Assembly: GCF_021378375.1 (NCBI RefSeq)
Contig: NZ_CP076228.1
Span: 1,200,001-1,232,000, forward strand
Source: Wolbachia endosymbiont of Drosophila innubila
GTDB taxonomy: Bacteria > Pseudomonadota > Alphaproteobacteria > Rickettsiales > Anaplasmataceae
DNA length: 32,000 bases
Reading direction: 5' to 3'
Both the position numbers and the translations under genes were made by a program. Positions 1 through 9,090 of this stretch are shown here, one piece after another. Within the stretch, counting starts at the first letter, position 1. Every line of letters begins with the position of its first letter. Under the pieces are notes generated by a model that saw only the letters and a list, made by a program, of their open reading frames with translations, was not told the DNA's origin and searched no databases.

Positions 1-2
1 CT

Positions 3-185
3 CTTTACTCTGCTTTACTTGAAAGTGCAACGAGTGAGAATAGTGCTAGAATGGTTGCTATGGAATCAGCAAACAGAAACACTAAAGAGATACTGAACAA
101 ATTAGCATTGCTTTATAATCGTTCTCGTCAAGCAGCGATTACGACTGATTTAATTGAAGTTATAGGTGGTGCAGAATCTTTATAG
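3..185 (+). CDS. atpG: F0F1 ATP synthase gamma subunit, C-terminal fragment (5' end lies outside the window)
   Basis: Reading from nt 3 gives [60 protein letters not shown]. This matches the conserved C-terminal helix of F1 gamma (ARM.AM..A..N....L...YNR.RQA.IT.EL.EI..GAE.L). Stop TAG at 183-185. Confidence 0.85.
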
Positions 186-203
186 AAATCTAAGGAATAG
201 AAA

Positions 204-1538
204 ATGAATATATTAAATATTGCAGCAGATATTACTAAACTAATAAAAAAGCAAAATCAAGATGCGGAAGTTACAATATATGAAACTAATAAGACTTCAG
301 TTTCTCAGCGTCTATCAAAAATTGAGCAAATATCACAATCTAAAAATTGCACTGTAGGAATCAGAGCTATAGCAGGTAAAAACAAAGCTGCGTATATTTC
401 TACAAACGATTTGAATAATCTGAGTGATACAGTAAGCCAAGTGGTAGAAATGGCAAAGAATGCGCCAGAAGATCCTTGCATTAATTTTGCTGTAAATGGT
501 AGTAATTATATCTCTTCTGCAGATTTAAGTATCTCAGATAATAATGTTGTAACCGTTGATAACCTAAAAGAAATTGCTGAAGCTGCAGAAAATTCAGCTC
601 TTGCACATAAGAGTATCACTAATTCTGAAGGAGCCTCTTCTTCATACGCTTTAGTGAATACAGTATTATCGACTGTTTCTGGTTTTATTGGCTCGTTTAG
701 TAAATCAACCTTTGCTAATCAGGTCTCTGTTGTTGCTGGAAGAGAAAGTGAAATGAAGGTTGGTTACGATTATGATATAGCATGTAATTTTAGTGATTTA
801 AAGTTGCCAGAGTTAATGGGAAAAGAAGCAGCAAAAAGAGCAGTTGATCAATTGAATTCACGTACAATGAAAACTGGTAAATTTCCAGTTATTTTTGAAA
901 AAAGAGCAGCAAAAGGGCTAGTAAAAAATTTTGCTTCTGCTATAAATGGGAGCAGTATTATAAGCAACAGTTCTTTCTTGAGGGGTAGTTTAAACGCTCA
1001 GATTTTCAACGATAGAATTAATATTATCGATGATCCATTGTTGCCAAGAGGCATAGCATCGAGACCATTTGATGGAGAAGGGATAACTAGCAAGAAAAAT
1101 ATATTTGTAAAAAACGGAATATTACAAAATTGGATTTTAGACTTATACTCGGCTAGAAAATTAGACTCAGAAACAACCGGAAGTGCAGCTCGTGCAAGTA
1201 ATGCTGCAGTTATTCCTGCAGCTAGTAACCTCTACATTGAGAATGGTGATGTATCGTTTGAAGAATTAATTCAGGAAGTGAAAGAGGGAATATATGTAAC
1301 TGATTTATTTGGTTTTGGTGTCAATTTAATCAATGGCGATTACAGCCAAGGCGCTTCCGGATTTTTTATAGAAAATGGAAAAATAACGTATCCAATACAT
1401 GAGATTACCATTGCTAGCAATTTGAAGGATATGTTTAGCAATTTAGTCGTTGCAGATGATCTAACTTTTTGTGGGCAATTTAATTCACCAACGATTAAAG
1501 TTAGCGAAATGACGGTTGCAGGTTCGCTTAACGATTAA
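204..1538 (+). CDS. pmbA: PmbA/TldE (TldD/PmbA family) metalloprotease component
   Basis: 444-aa ORF. The C-terminal region GDYSQGASGFFIENGKITYPIHEITIASNLKDMF is typical of the TldD/PmbA family, and the size fits PmbA rather than TldD. AGGA-type RBS (aaggaatag) upstream. Confidence 0.8.
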   Translation: MNILNIAADITKLIKKQNQDAEVTIYETNKTSVSQRLSKIEQISQSKNCTVGIRAIAGKNKAAYISTNDLNNLSDTVSQVVEMAKNAPEDPCINFAVNGSNYISSADLSISDNNVVTVDNLKEIAEAAENSALAHKSITNSEGASSSYALVNTVLSTVSGFIGSFSKSTFANQVSVVAGRESEMKVGYDYDIACNFSDLKLPELMGKEAAKRAVDQLNSRTMKTGKFPVIFEKRAAKGLVKNFASAINGSSIISNSSFLRGSLNAQIFNDRINIIDDPLLPRGIASRPFDGEGITSKKNIFVKNGILQNWILDLYSARKLDSETTGSAARASNAAVIPAASNLYIENGDVSFEELIQEVKEGIYVTDLFGFGVNLINGDYSQGASGFFIENGKITYPIHEITIASNLKDMFSNLVVADDLTFCGQFNSPTIKVSEMTVAGSLND

Positions 1539-1547
1539 AAAATTTAT

Positions 1548-1576
1548 TTGCATCAAGTACAACAATTGTGTATTAT
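1548..1576 (+). promoter_or_regulatory. Putative sigma70 promoter of the cold-shock gene (TTGCAT-17 nt-TATTAT), implying a ~130-nt 5' UTR
   Basis: -35 TTGCAT at 1548-1553, a 17-nt spacer, and -10 TATTAT at 1571-1576. The csp ATG is at 1713. Hexamer matches of this kind are common in AT-rich DNA. Confidence 0.4.
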
Positions 1577-1712
1577 TGTCATGTAATGTTAAGAATAGAC
1601 TATGGAGTATAAAGGTTTAGTTTCAATAGCTAAGCTTAAAGCATTCTCAATCGTAATTTCAAAGTTTTTCATCACATTAGTAATGTTAGTTAATAATTTA
1701 GGAGTTGTTTAA

Positions 1713-1964
1713 ATGGAATTTGGTAATGTAAAATGGTTTAATGCCGAAAAAGGCTATGGTTTCATCAAGCCAGAAGGTAAAGGGGGTGACGTTTTTGTAC
1801 ATATTAGCACATTGGAACGTTCGGGAATAAGACCTGAGGCACTTAAAGGAGAGAATAAAGAGAAGGGAATAAAAGGAGAAAGGGTGAGTTATGAGGTTAA
1901 AGAGGAGCGCGGTAGAAACGGAGAAGATAAAAAATCTGCAATAAATTTAAGATTGGAAGATTAA
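1713..1964 (+). CDS. cspA: Cold-shock domain protein (CspA family) with a charged insertion/tail
   Basis: [29 protein letters not shown] carries the RNP1 (KGYGFI) and RNP2 (VFVHIS) motifs of the cold-shock domain. GGAG RBS sits 8 nt upstream. Confidence 0.9.
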   Translation: MEFGNVKWFNAEKGYGFIKPEGKGGDVFVHISTLERSGIRPEALKGENKEKGIKGERVSYEVKEERGRNGEDKKSAINLRLED

Positions 1965-1999
1965 TCTATTATGAAGTCTTTTAACAGGATTAACGTATT

Positions 2000-3226
2000 G
2001 TGAATAATTTTCATGAGATGGGTCTCCCAGCTTCGCTTAGACAAGCTCTAGATAAAAATAATCTTTTCGTCCCAACTCCGATTCAAATACAAGCGATTCC
2101 CTTAGCGCTACAAGGTAAAGATATTCTCGGATCTGCTCAAACGGGGACTGGAAAAACTTTAGCATTTGCTATTCCGTTGGTTGCTAAGTTGCTGAATGAG
2201 CCTAACACTGGTTCAGCTTTAGTCATCGTGCCAACCAGAGAGCTTGCGCATCAGGTAACAAATGAGATAAGAAAACTCTTATCTCAAAATTCTGCACTAA
2301 GGGTCGCTTTGTTGATTGGTGGTGAGCCTATTTTTAGGCAGCTAAATCAGCTTCAGAAAAAACCACAAATTGTAATAGGTACTCCTGGTCGTATTATAGA
2401 CCATATTGAGCGTAAAACTTTGATTACTCGCAATGTTAGCGTTCTTGTGCTTGATGAAACGGATCGTATGTTTGATATGGGCTTTGGAGTTCAGATTGAA
2501 GAAATTATGAAGCATTTGCCTAAAATAAGGCAAACTCTTATGTTTTCTGCAACTCTTCCTGGAGATATAGTAAAACTTGCTGAGAAGTACCTTAATCGAC
2601 CAGAACGTATTTCTGTTGATTGTGAGGTTACAACTTCTGTAAAAATTAAGCAAGAAATTGTTTATGCATCAGAATCAGAAAAATATGAAAAGCTTGTTAC
2701 ACAACTATGTCAGCGCGAAGGATCAATCATTATCTTTGTCAAAACAAAGCGAGGAGCGGATCAGCTAGCTAACAGATTGCACAAAGATGACTATAGCGCT
2801 TTAGCAATTCATGGTGATTTAAGGCAGCACAAGCGCGAAAGGGTCATTAATTCTTTTCGTCGTGGCCGTAATCAAATCATGGTTGCAACAGATGTTGCTT
2901 CTCGCGGCCTTGATATTCCCCACATTCAACATGTTATCAATTATGATGCACCACAATCGCAAGCTGACTATATTCATCGTATAGGTAGAACTGCACGCGC
3001 TGGAGCTGAAGGGTATGCGCTATCTTTTGTTACACCTCAAGATAAGAGAAGACTGCCTGCACTGGCAGACAAAGAAGGAGAGCTAAATTTTGATTGTAGT
3101 GTGCAATTTAAAAAACGTAACAGCAAAAAGGTCTTTAAAAGGCCAAGTACGTTAAAGACTAAATACGGTAGAAAAAAGATCAATGCATTTAAGAAGAAAA
3201 GCAGAGTACTAGAAAAAGCGTATTAA
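2000..3226 (+). CDS. rhlE: DEAD-box ATP-dependent RNA helicase (RhlE-like) with a basic C-terminal tail
   Basis: Q motif (F..MGL...PTPIQ), Walker A AQTGTGKT, PTRELA, DEAD variant LDETD, SAT, and HRIGRTARAG. GTG start at 2000; the alternative ATG at 2018 would remove the Q-motif Phe. Confidence 0.9.
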   Translation: MNNFHEMGLPASLRQALDKNNLFVPTPIQIQAIPLALQGKDILGSAQTGTGKTLAFAIPLVAKLLNEPNTGSALVIVPTRELAHQVTNEIRKLLSQNSALRVALLIGGEPIFRQLNQLQKKPQIVIGTPGRIIDHIERKTLITRNVSVLVLDETDRMFDMGFGVQIEEIMKHLPKIRQTLMFSATLPGDIVKLAEKYLNRPERISVDCEVTTSVKIKQEIVYASESEKYEKLVTQLCQREGSIIIFVKTKRGADQLANRLHKDDYSALAIHGDLRQHKRERVINSFRRGRNQIMVATDVASRGLDIPHIQHVINYDAPQSQADYIHRIGRTARAGAEGYALSFVTPQDKRRLPALADKEGELNFDCSVQFKKRNSKKVFKRPSTLKTKYGRKKINAFKKKSRVLEKAY

Positions 3227-3260
3227 ATAGGATTTACCTACAATTTGATAAGCGTAAAAC

Positions 3261-3366
3261 TCGTCATTCCGCTACTCATTAGCGGAATCTATGCTGAGAT
3301 ATTGCGGTGCTATGACGTAGATCCAGAGTGGGATTCAAATTGGCTACAGCGAACTGCTGGATTTCA
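3261..3366. repeat. Short palindromic intergenic repeat (family 1: CCGCTA..TAGCGG hairpin plus a degenerate second hairpin) followed by an ATCCAG...CTGGAT hairpin
   Basis: tcgtcattccgctactcattagcggaatct... is the same motif seen at 11028, 21419 (reverse), 26696-27125 and 29087. Confidence 0.8.
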
Positions 3367-3429
3367 ATTTTTTTAATAATTGTGTGCTATTCATTATATA
3401 TGAGTTCCCACTTTTAAAGAGAATAGGAG

Positions 3430-5736
3430 ATGATTTCCAAAAACTTAGAGGCAAGTTTGAATAGAGCACTATTCATTGCTTCTAATTTTAATCTTAAATA
3501 TGCGAAAGTAGAACATTTATTGCTGGCGTTAACTAAAGACGTGGATGTAAATTACGTTTTATCAAGATGTAATATCAGAGCCGATGAAATCATCAGTATG
3601 GATAACATTCTATCAAGATGCAATATTAAGGCTAATGATTATAATAATAATATAAAAGGGTTTTTACAAAGCAGTTCTGAATTGATTATCAGTGGAGTTA
3701 AACCTAGCTCAATGTTTCAATGCATAATACACAGAGCAATAATACGGGCTCATAGCTTGGGGAAAAAAGAAATAAATGGAGCAAGTGTTCTAGTAGAAAT
3801 TTTGTCTGGGCAAGATTTATACGTTGAAGATCTATTGCAGAAACAAAGTGCGAAAGATTCCAATTTGATTTACCACATATCTAACATGAAATACTCTAAC
3901 GATATAGATGAATACACCACTAATCATAAAGTAAAACTTGATAAAAATAATGATGCTCCTACTACAGTAAATAAAGGTGAGCTACTAAAAGATGAGGAAA
4001 TTCTACAAAGTTATTGTAAAAATTTAAATGACTATGCAAGAAGCAAAAAAATAGATTATGTTATTGGTCGTGATTATGAATTAAATCGCACTATAGAAAT
4101 ATTATTGAGGCGTAGAAAAAACAACCCTTTATATGTTGGAGATCCAGGTGTTGGCAAAACCACAATAGTTGAGGGTTTGGTACTCAAAATCATTGAAAAC
4201 AGTGTTCCAAGTGCGCTCAGGTCCAGTATAATTTATGCTTTGGATTTAGGGTCACTCCTTGCAGGGACACGCTATAGAGGTGATTTTGAAGAGAGAATAA
4301 AATCTATAATAAAAGCGATTGAGGCAAAACCAGGTGCTATCCTTTTTATTGACGAAATACACACTATCATTGGAGCAGGTTCTACAAGTGGTAGCTTTCT
4401 TGATGCAGGTAACCTACTCAAACCTGCGCTTGCAAGAGGTACACTGCGTTGTATAGGTGCAACTACATATAGAGAATACAGCAATAGTTTTGAAAAAGAT
4501 AAAGCATTAGCGAGGAGGTTTCAAAAAATTAATGTTAAGGAATCTTCTGTTAACGAAACGATAAAGATACTAGATGGTATAAAGCACTACTATGAAGGGT
4601 ATCATGGAGTATATTATACAAAGAATGCCATTAGGTCTGCGGCTGAACTTTCGCATAAGTATATTACTGGGCGAATATTACCTGATAAAGCGGTTGATGT
4701 TATTGATGAGGCAGGGGCATATTGTAAATTGCTAAGAAACAGGGGTAAAATTGTAAATAGTAGAGATATTAAGAATACCATTACTAGAATTACAAATGTG
4801 CCTTGCGGATCTGAATCTGATGATTTGCAGAAAGTAAAGTCTTTAAAAGCTAATCTAGAGAAGGTGATTTTTGGCCAAGAGCAGGCAATAGAATCTCTTG
4901 TTAATTCTATTAAAATTGCTAAATCTGGGTTGAGAAATTACAATAAGCCTTTAGCAAATTATCTTTTTGCAGGGCCAACCGGTGTTGGTAAAACCGAGCT
5001 AGCAAAACAATTAGCAGAAAGCATGGGCATGAATCTTATACGCTTTGATATGTCCGAATATATTGAGTCTCATACGATATCAAGGATGATTGGTTCTCCT
5101 CCTGGATATGTAGGTTATGATCAGGGTGGATTACTCACAGAGTCTGTATCTAATAATCAATATAGTGTTGTGCTGCTTGATGAAATTGAAAAGGCTCATA
5201 GCGATATCTATAATATATTGCTACAAATTATGGATTATGGTTGCGTTACAGACACTTACGGACGTAAAGTTAACTTTTCCAATATAATCTTAATTATGAC
5301 AACTAATGCAGGAGCAGCTGAACGCAGCAAAAGTTTTGTTGGCTTTGGGCATAAAAAATTTAACACTGGTGATAGTGAAAAAGCGATAGAACAGGTTTTT
5401 AGCCCTGAATTTCGTAATCGTCTTGATGCGATTATTTCTTTTTCTGACTTAAATGCGGATATAATTCTGCATATTGTAGATAAATTTATTCAGGAACTGA
5501 AAAAGCAGCTGACGCAAAAAGGCATAAACTGCTTGGTAGAAGATGAAGTGAAATCTTATCTTGCACAAACAGGTTATAGTAAGGAAATGGGAGCACGTCC
5601 GATAGAGAGACTTATTGAAAAAGAGATAAAAAGTTACTTAGCGGAAGAAATACTGAATCGTAAATTAATAAAAGGAAAGAAATTAAGAATCTATATGAAT
5701 AAAGTAGAAAATAAAATTGCTTTTGATATAGTTTAA
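3430..5736 (+). CDS. clpA: ATP-dependent Clp protease ATP-binding subunit ClpA
   Basis: 768 aa. Two AAA+ modules with Walker A GDPGVGKT and GPTGVGKT, a Clp N-domain, and a ClpA-type length with no ClpB middle coiled coil. AGGAG RBS. Confidence 0.9.
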   Translation: MISKNLEASLNRALFIASNFNLKYAKVEHLLLALTKDVDVNYVLSRCNIRADEIISMDNILSRCNIKANDYNNNIKGFLQSSSELIISGVKPSSMFQCIIHRAIIRAHSLGKKEINGASVLVEILSGQDLYVEDLLQKQSAKDSNLIYHISNMKYSNDIDEYTTNHKVKLDKNNDAPTTVNKGELLKDEEILQSYCKNLNDYARSKKIDYVIGRDYELNRTIEILLRRRKNNPLYVGDPGVGKTTIVEGLVLKIIENSVPSALRSSIIYALDLGSLLAGTRYRGDFEERIKSIIKAIEAKPGAILFIDEIHTIIGAGSTSGSFLDAGNLLKPALARGTLRCIGATTYREYSNSFEKDKALARRFQKINVKESSVNETIKILDGIKHYYEGYHGVYYTKNAIRSAAELSHKYITGRILPDKAVDVIDEAGAYCKLLRNRGKIVNSRDIKNTITRITNVPCGSESDDLQKVKSLKANLEKVIFGQEQAIESLVNSIKIAKSGLRNYNKPLANYLFAGPTGVGKTELAKQLAESMGMNLIRFDMSEYIESHTISRMIGSPPGYVGYDQGGLLTESVSNNQYSVVLLDEIEKAHSDIYNILLQIMDYGCVTDTYGRKVNFSNIILIMTTNAGAAERSKSFVGFGHKKFNTGDSEKAIEQVFSPEFRNRLDAIISFSDLNADIILHIVDKFIQELKKQLTQKGINCLVEDEVKSYLAQTGYSKEMGARPIERLIEKEIKSYLAEEILNRKLIKGKKLRIYMNKVENKIAFDIV

Positions 5737-5797
5737 AATCCTTGTATTGAACTTCATCTTTGTTACAATCTATAACTTAAATTCAATTTGAATTATA

Positions 5798-6697
5798 GTG
5801 ATAAGTGATAAAGTAAAACAAGTCCTAAGCTACTACGAAAGTGAAAACCCTGGGGTAAAAGCAAATCTTACTCGTATTCTCATGCATGGAAAGCTTGGCG
5901 GCACTGGCAAGTTAGTGATTCTGCCAGTAGATCAAGGATTTGAGCATGGTCCAATTAAAAGTTTTGAAGTTAACCCTGATGCTTATGACCCACATTATCA
6001 TTTTCAGCTTGCGGTTGATTCGGGAGTAAGTGCATATGCTGCTCCACTTGGTATGATTGAAGCTGGTGCTGCAACTTATGCTGGAATGCTCCCACTTATT
6101 TTGAAACTTAATAGTTCCAACTCTTTACATTCAAAGGATCTAACCTCTGATCAGGCAATAACCTCTTCTGTGAAAGATGCGCTGCGTTTGGGATGCTTAG
6201 CTGTCGGATTTACTATATATCCTGGTTCTGCTAAGTGTTTCGATATGATGGAGGAAGCCCGTGGAATCATAGCTGAAGCCAAATCTTATGGACTTGCAGT
6301 AGTGCTATGGTCTTATCCACGAGGTGAAGGGATTTCCAAAGAAGGTGAAACAGCAGTTGATGTTATTGCCTATGCTGCGCACATGGCAGCTTTGCTTGGC
6401 GCTAATATAATAAAAGTAAAACTTCCAACTAAATATTTGGAAAGGGAGAAAATAGAAACAGAAAATATTGAATCATTATCTAAAAGAATTGAATATGTTA
6501 AAAGGTCTTGTTTTGCAGGGAAAAGAATAGTAGTTTTTTCTGGTGGTGAATCGAAGGAAGTAGATAACATATACAATGAAGCGAAAGAAATTAAGCAGGG
6601 TGGCGGTAATGGTTCAATCATTGGACGTAACACTTTTCAACGCAAAAGGGAGGAGGCTTTATCTATGCTAAAAGATATAATGGATATCTACACATAA
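5798..6697 (+). CDS. fbaB: Class I fructose-bisphosphate aldolase (DhnA/FbaB, DeoC/LacD-fold family)
   Basis: VILPVDQGFEHGP, the IIKVKLP Schiff-base lysine region and GGGNGSIIGRN are typical of archaeal-type class I aldolases. GTG start. Confidence 0.75.
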   Translation: MISDKVKQVLSYYESENPGVKANLTRILMHGKLGGTGKLVILPVDQGFEHGPIKSFEVNPDAYDPHYHFQLAVDSGVSAYAAPLGMIEAGAATYAGMLPLILKLNSSNSLHSKDLTSDQAITSSVKDALRLGCLAVGFTIYPGSAKCFDMMEEARGIIAEAKSYGLAVVLWSYPRGEGISKEGETAVDVIAYAAHMAALLGANIIKVKLPTKYLEREKIETENIESLSKRIEYVKRSCFAGKRIVVFSGGESKEVDNIYNEAKEIKQGGGNGSIIGRNTFQRKREEALSMLKDIMDIYT

Positions 6698-6702
6698 AAA
6701 AC

Positions 6703-6774
6703 GGCTGGGTGGCAGAATGGCTTATGCGGAGGACTGCAAATCCTTTTATACCGGTTCAATTCCGGTCCCGGCCT
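6703..6774 (+). tRNA. tRNA-Cys (GCA)
   Basis: Hand-folded cloverleaf. Acceptor GGCTGGG/CCCGGCC; anticodon stem GAGGA/TCCTT with loop CTGCAAA (anticodon GCA); T arm ACCGG-TTCAATT-CCGGT; discriminator U73 as expected for tRNA-Cys. It begins 5 nt after the fba stop. Confidence 0.9.
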
Positions 6775-6895
6775 CTTTCATTCTCTATATCTTGTAAAAG
6801 TTAACAGTAGCTTTAAGTGTGTAACCTATAGAGAAAGCTTGTCCATAGTAAAATCAATTTCTTTTCAAGTTATGGTTATACTCTTATAGCGTTTC

Positions 6896-7963
6896 ATGGT
6901 AAAAAATAAACTAAAAATAAGCAAAGTGTTTTACAAACGTAATTTACTATTTTTACTACCGCCCGAAGTTGCTCACTCTTTGGCAATTATGGCATTAAAG
7001 AAAATGCCTTATAAGAATCCTATAGAGCTACCAGAATCTTTGAGTGTGAATTTTTTTGGTAATAAGCTCAGAAGCCCCGTAGGTCTGGCTGCAGGTTTTG
7101 ACAAGAATGCAGAAGTTATAAGGCCTATGCTCTCATTTGGTTTTGGGTTTATTGAAACTGGTACTGTAACTCGTAATCCACAATATGGAAACAAAAAGCC
7201 AAGAATTTTTCGGTTAATTAAAGATCAAGGGGTAATTAACAGATTGGGATTTAACAATAAAGGAATAGACTATTTTCTTAAACAAATAGGTGAAACCAAG
7301 CTTGATGACTGCATTTTTGGCATCAACATAGGAAAAAACAGTACATCAAAGGACCAAATCAGCGATTATGTTGACTTAATAAAGATAGTATATGGAAAGA
7401 GCAATTATATAGTGCTGAACATCTCATCCCCAAACACGCCTAATTTACGCAATCTGCACAATAAGCAAGAATTATCGGAATTGTTGAAATCCGTAACTCT
7501 AACCCGAAAATCAATTGATAATTCTAAATCCATACCAATAATATTAAAAATCTCACCAGATGTAGATCAGCAAACGAAAGAAAATATCGCTGAGCTTGCG
7601 TTGGAATATAAGATTGACGGATTAACAGTAAGCAACACTACGGTAAGTAGAGATAATCTGCATTCTCACCATAATGAGAGTGGTGGGTTGAGTGGCAACC
7701 CGCTGTTTAAACTTTCAACCGAGTTATTGGGCGATATGTACAAATTTACTAAGGGCAAAATATTATTGATAGGGTGCGGAGGAATCTCAAGTGGTGCTGA
7801 TGCATATAAAAAAATAAAGGCAGGAGCTTCTTTGGTGCAGTTGTACACTGCTCTCATATACCACGGACCTCAAGTTGTAAACAAAATTAATCTAGAACTT
7901 GCAGAACTAATAAGGAGAGATGGATTTAGTAACATTAATGAGGTGGTGGGTTGTATACATTAA
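6896..7963 (+). CDS. pyrD: Dihydroorotate dehydrogenase (quinone), class 2
   Basis: Motifs GLAAGFDKNAE, GFIETGTVT, NISSPNTPNLR, SNTT, GGLSG and GCGGI, plus an N-terminal membrane-association extension. Confidence 0.9.
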   Translation: MVKNKLKISKVFYKRNLLFLLPPEVAHSLAIMALKKMPYKNPIELPESLSVNFFGNKLRSPVGLAAGFDKNAEVIRPMLSFGFGFIETGTVTRNPQYGNKKPRIFRLIKDQGVINRLGFNNKGIDYFLKQIGETKLDDCIFGINIGKNSTSKDQISDYVDLIKIVYGKSNYIVLNISSPNTPNLRNLHNKQELSELLKSVTLTRKSIDNSKSIPIILKISPDVDQQTKENIAELALEYKIDGLTVSNTTVSRDNLHSHHNESGGLSGNPLFKLSTELLGDMYKFTKGKILLIGCGGISSGADAYKKIKAGASLVQLYTALIYHGPQVVNKINLELAELIRRDGFSNINEVVGCIH

Positions 7964-8047
7964 TTTTGAAAGTTGGTGGTATTATTTTAATAAAATAAAA
8001 CTAATTCTCTGGTATAAAGGTGGTAGAAAGTGCTTTTCTTTTAAATA

Positions 8048-8752
8048 ATGGGTATGAAGAGTTTGAATGATGCAATATCTAAGATCATTGATTATAAATT
8101 TACAAATTATGCAATATTAGAAGAGGCACTAACTCACCCAAGCGTAAATAAAAGGAATAGCAAAAACCAGATTGTAAGCTACGAAAGACTAGAGTTTTTG
8201 GGCGATAGTGTTTTGAATATGGTTGTATCTGCCACACTGTTTAAACTATTTCCTGAAGAAAAAGAAGGAGCATTGGCAAAAAGAAAGACGGATTTAGTTT
8301 GTGGCAACACCATTGCTAATGTTGCTAAAGAAATAAAATTAGGCAGCTTTATCATCATGAATAATAGTGAACGCTGCAATGGAGGGAGATGTAACTTAAA
8401 AAATTTAGAAAACTCGCTTGAAGCACTAATAGGTGCAATTTATATTGATGGCGGGCTTGAAAATGTTGAAAAATTTATTATCCAATATTGGGAAAAGCTA
8501 GCTAAAGGCATGCTTGACCCCCCTCAAGATCCTAAAACCTCACTGCAAGAGTGGACTCAGAAAAACAAATTGCCTTTACCAGAGTATGAGCTTGTAAAAC
8601 AAACTGGACCAGCGCACAATCCTGAATTTACTATATCAGTTTGCATAGAAGATTATGGTAAAGTTTCTGCATGCGCTTCTAGTAAAAAGATTGCTGAACA
8701 AAAAGCTGCTGAGTTGATGCTAGAAAAAATTGGAAAAGACGCTTCAGTGTAG
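8048..8752 (+). CDS. rnc: Ribonuclease III
   Basis: RNase III signature ERLEFLGDSVLN and a C-terminal dsRBD (DPKTSLQEW...GPAHNPEF...A.SKK.AEQ.AA). The start may be 8048 or 8054. Confidence 0.9.
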   Translation: MGMKSLNDAISKIIDYKFTNYAILEEALTHPSVNKRNSKNQIVSYERLEFLGDSVLNMVVSATLFKLFPEEKEGALAKRKTDLVCGNTIANVAKEIKLGSFIIMNNSERCNGGRCNLKNLENSLEALIGAIYIDGGLENVEKFIIQYWEKLAKGMLDPPQDPKTSLQEWTQKNKLPLPEYELVKQTGPAHNPEFTISVCIEDYGKVSACASSKKIAEQKAAELMLEKIGKDASV

Positions 8753-8800
8753 GCAAAATAGGCATTAATGTAAATTTTAAGGAAGCTAATAGCGTTTAGG

Positions 8801-8977
8801 GTAAATGGTCAATTTAAGGAGAAGCATAGTATTATTCATAAAAAAGTTGATTTACCAAAAATCAAGCCTTATGTAGTGGAATATCAATGGCTGTTGTCGG
8901 AGATGCGGAAAAAAAGAAGTAGCAAGTTACCAAAAGGTGTTATGCCAGATACATTTGGTCCAAGAGTTGTTTTGTGA
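8801..8977 (+). pseudogene. Frameshifted remnant of a transposase (zinc-finger region resembling IS66-family TnpC)
   Basis: One frame reads ...HKKVDLPKIKPYVVEYQWLLSEMRKKRSSKLPKGVMPDTFGPRVVL*. The expected Cys pair appears only in a shifted frame (CCRRCGKK, about 8890-8913). No start codon and no remainder of the gene. The pattern D(L/I)P....V.E(Y/H)....C..CG......LP.GV....FGPR is recalled from IS66-like transposases. Confidence 0.4.
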
Positions 8978-9090
8978 AGTTGACAGAGTCAATGAGAATG
9001 AAAGTTTTAAAAAATAGCATATTTTTTAATTATAAAAATTTGATATTAACTGTTGTTGGTTGATTGAGTAAAAACCAGTGAATGGTCACG

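Noticed and set aside
2342-2653. 103-aa minus-strand ORF inside the DEAD-box helicase gene. Similar short antisense ORFs occur inside clpA (4272-4484), fba (6370-6633), pyrD, rnc, bfr, tmk, tilS, mreB, mnmA and the surA-like gene (30442-30783).
   Set aside because: All lie antisense within genes that have strong motif support, and none has recognisable motifs or RBSs.
5780-5794. 15-bp palindrome AATTCAA-T-TTGAATT between a possible fba promoter (TTGTAT-16-TACAAT, 5746-5773) and the GTG start, considered as an operator
   Set aside because: A 7-bp pure A/T-rich arm is expected by chance in spacers of this composition. It cannot be distinguished from background without comparative data.
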